Shown: in pieces, positions 63,549-64,000 of the stretch
How the letters are laid out: each line of letters begins with the position of its first letter
Numbering within the stretch: the stretch's first letter is position 1
Translations under genes and position numbers: made by a program
The notes under the pieces: model-generated
The model's input: only the letters and a program-made list of their open reading frames with translations
What the model was told of the DNA's origin: nothing
Database searches by the model: none
DNA from: Chiloscyllium plagiosum
Taxonomy: Eukaryota
Direction: 5' to 3'
Assembly: GCF_004010195.1 (NCBI RefSeq)
Contig: NC_057756.1
Location: 275,401 to 339,400, forward strand
Length of the DNA: 64,000 nt

Positions 63549-64000
63549 ATTGAACATCCATCCTTCTGTTGTCAATTGGAATGCATCCTTCAACAAACTC
63601 AAACTGCTCATTCCGGAAAACTAGAGCATCTGATTCACCCAGATTCCCACTACTTATCCATCTCCCAGGTTTGAGCTGGCCTGGACTCAATAAAGAGTGT
63701 CCAGTGAAAAGTACAGAAGCAGTGGGAGAACTGGACAAACTCTCGACTCCAGGAATACAACTTGTCCTTGCTAGTGATATAGCCGGGTCACAGGTAGGAG
63801 TGCTGTCTACTGTGTTCAAAAAGCCAGTGGAATGTCAGATAACTGGAAACATACCCTGGGATTTTTCCTTACTGTGTGGTAACAAGGTCACAAAGTCACC
63901 AGTTGAAACAGGAGGAGAAATCAAAGACTACTGGTAAGAAAGTTGAAGCAGAACTATCAGAAACAGTGATTGATCGAATGGTTGAGGCAAAACAGGAACA
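63549..64000 (+). other. Candidate host exon or pseudo-exon, unidentified
   Basis: TTTTTCTTCATAG acceptor and coding-like composition (ORF 63569-63937), but the frames have stops. Confidence 0.25.

Overview
Eukaryotic, almost wholly repeat-derived DNA. HE1-type V-SINEs and HER1/CR1-type LINEs point to a cartilaginous fish, probably a shark (inference). No intact host gene is identifiable. The window is a nested transposon graveyard: many CR1 LINEs (two near full length), Penelope-like elements (PLEs) with hammerhead-ribozyme cores and 14-15 bp target-site duplications (TSDs), three decayed endogenous retroviruses (ERVs), solo LTRs, a Tigger-like MITE, RTE/Rex1/Tx1 fragments, and a local segmental duplication (about 6.2-10.65 kb versus 26.0-28.9 plus 36.3-38.1 kb). 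Three observations stand out. (1) A frameshifted, non-retroviral viral fossil at about 39.3-40.5 kb, whose reconstructed translation has four collinear motif blocks resembling bornavirus nucleoprotein (EBLN-like). (2) A class III/spuma-related ERV at 44.3-53.7 kb (minus strand), whose reconstructed Env TM subunit resembles filovirus GP2/alpharetrovirus TM. (3) Two different PLEs inserted independently at the same homologous site in the two LTRs of one provirus. All protein comparisons were made by eye against remembered reference sequences and need database confirmation.
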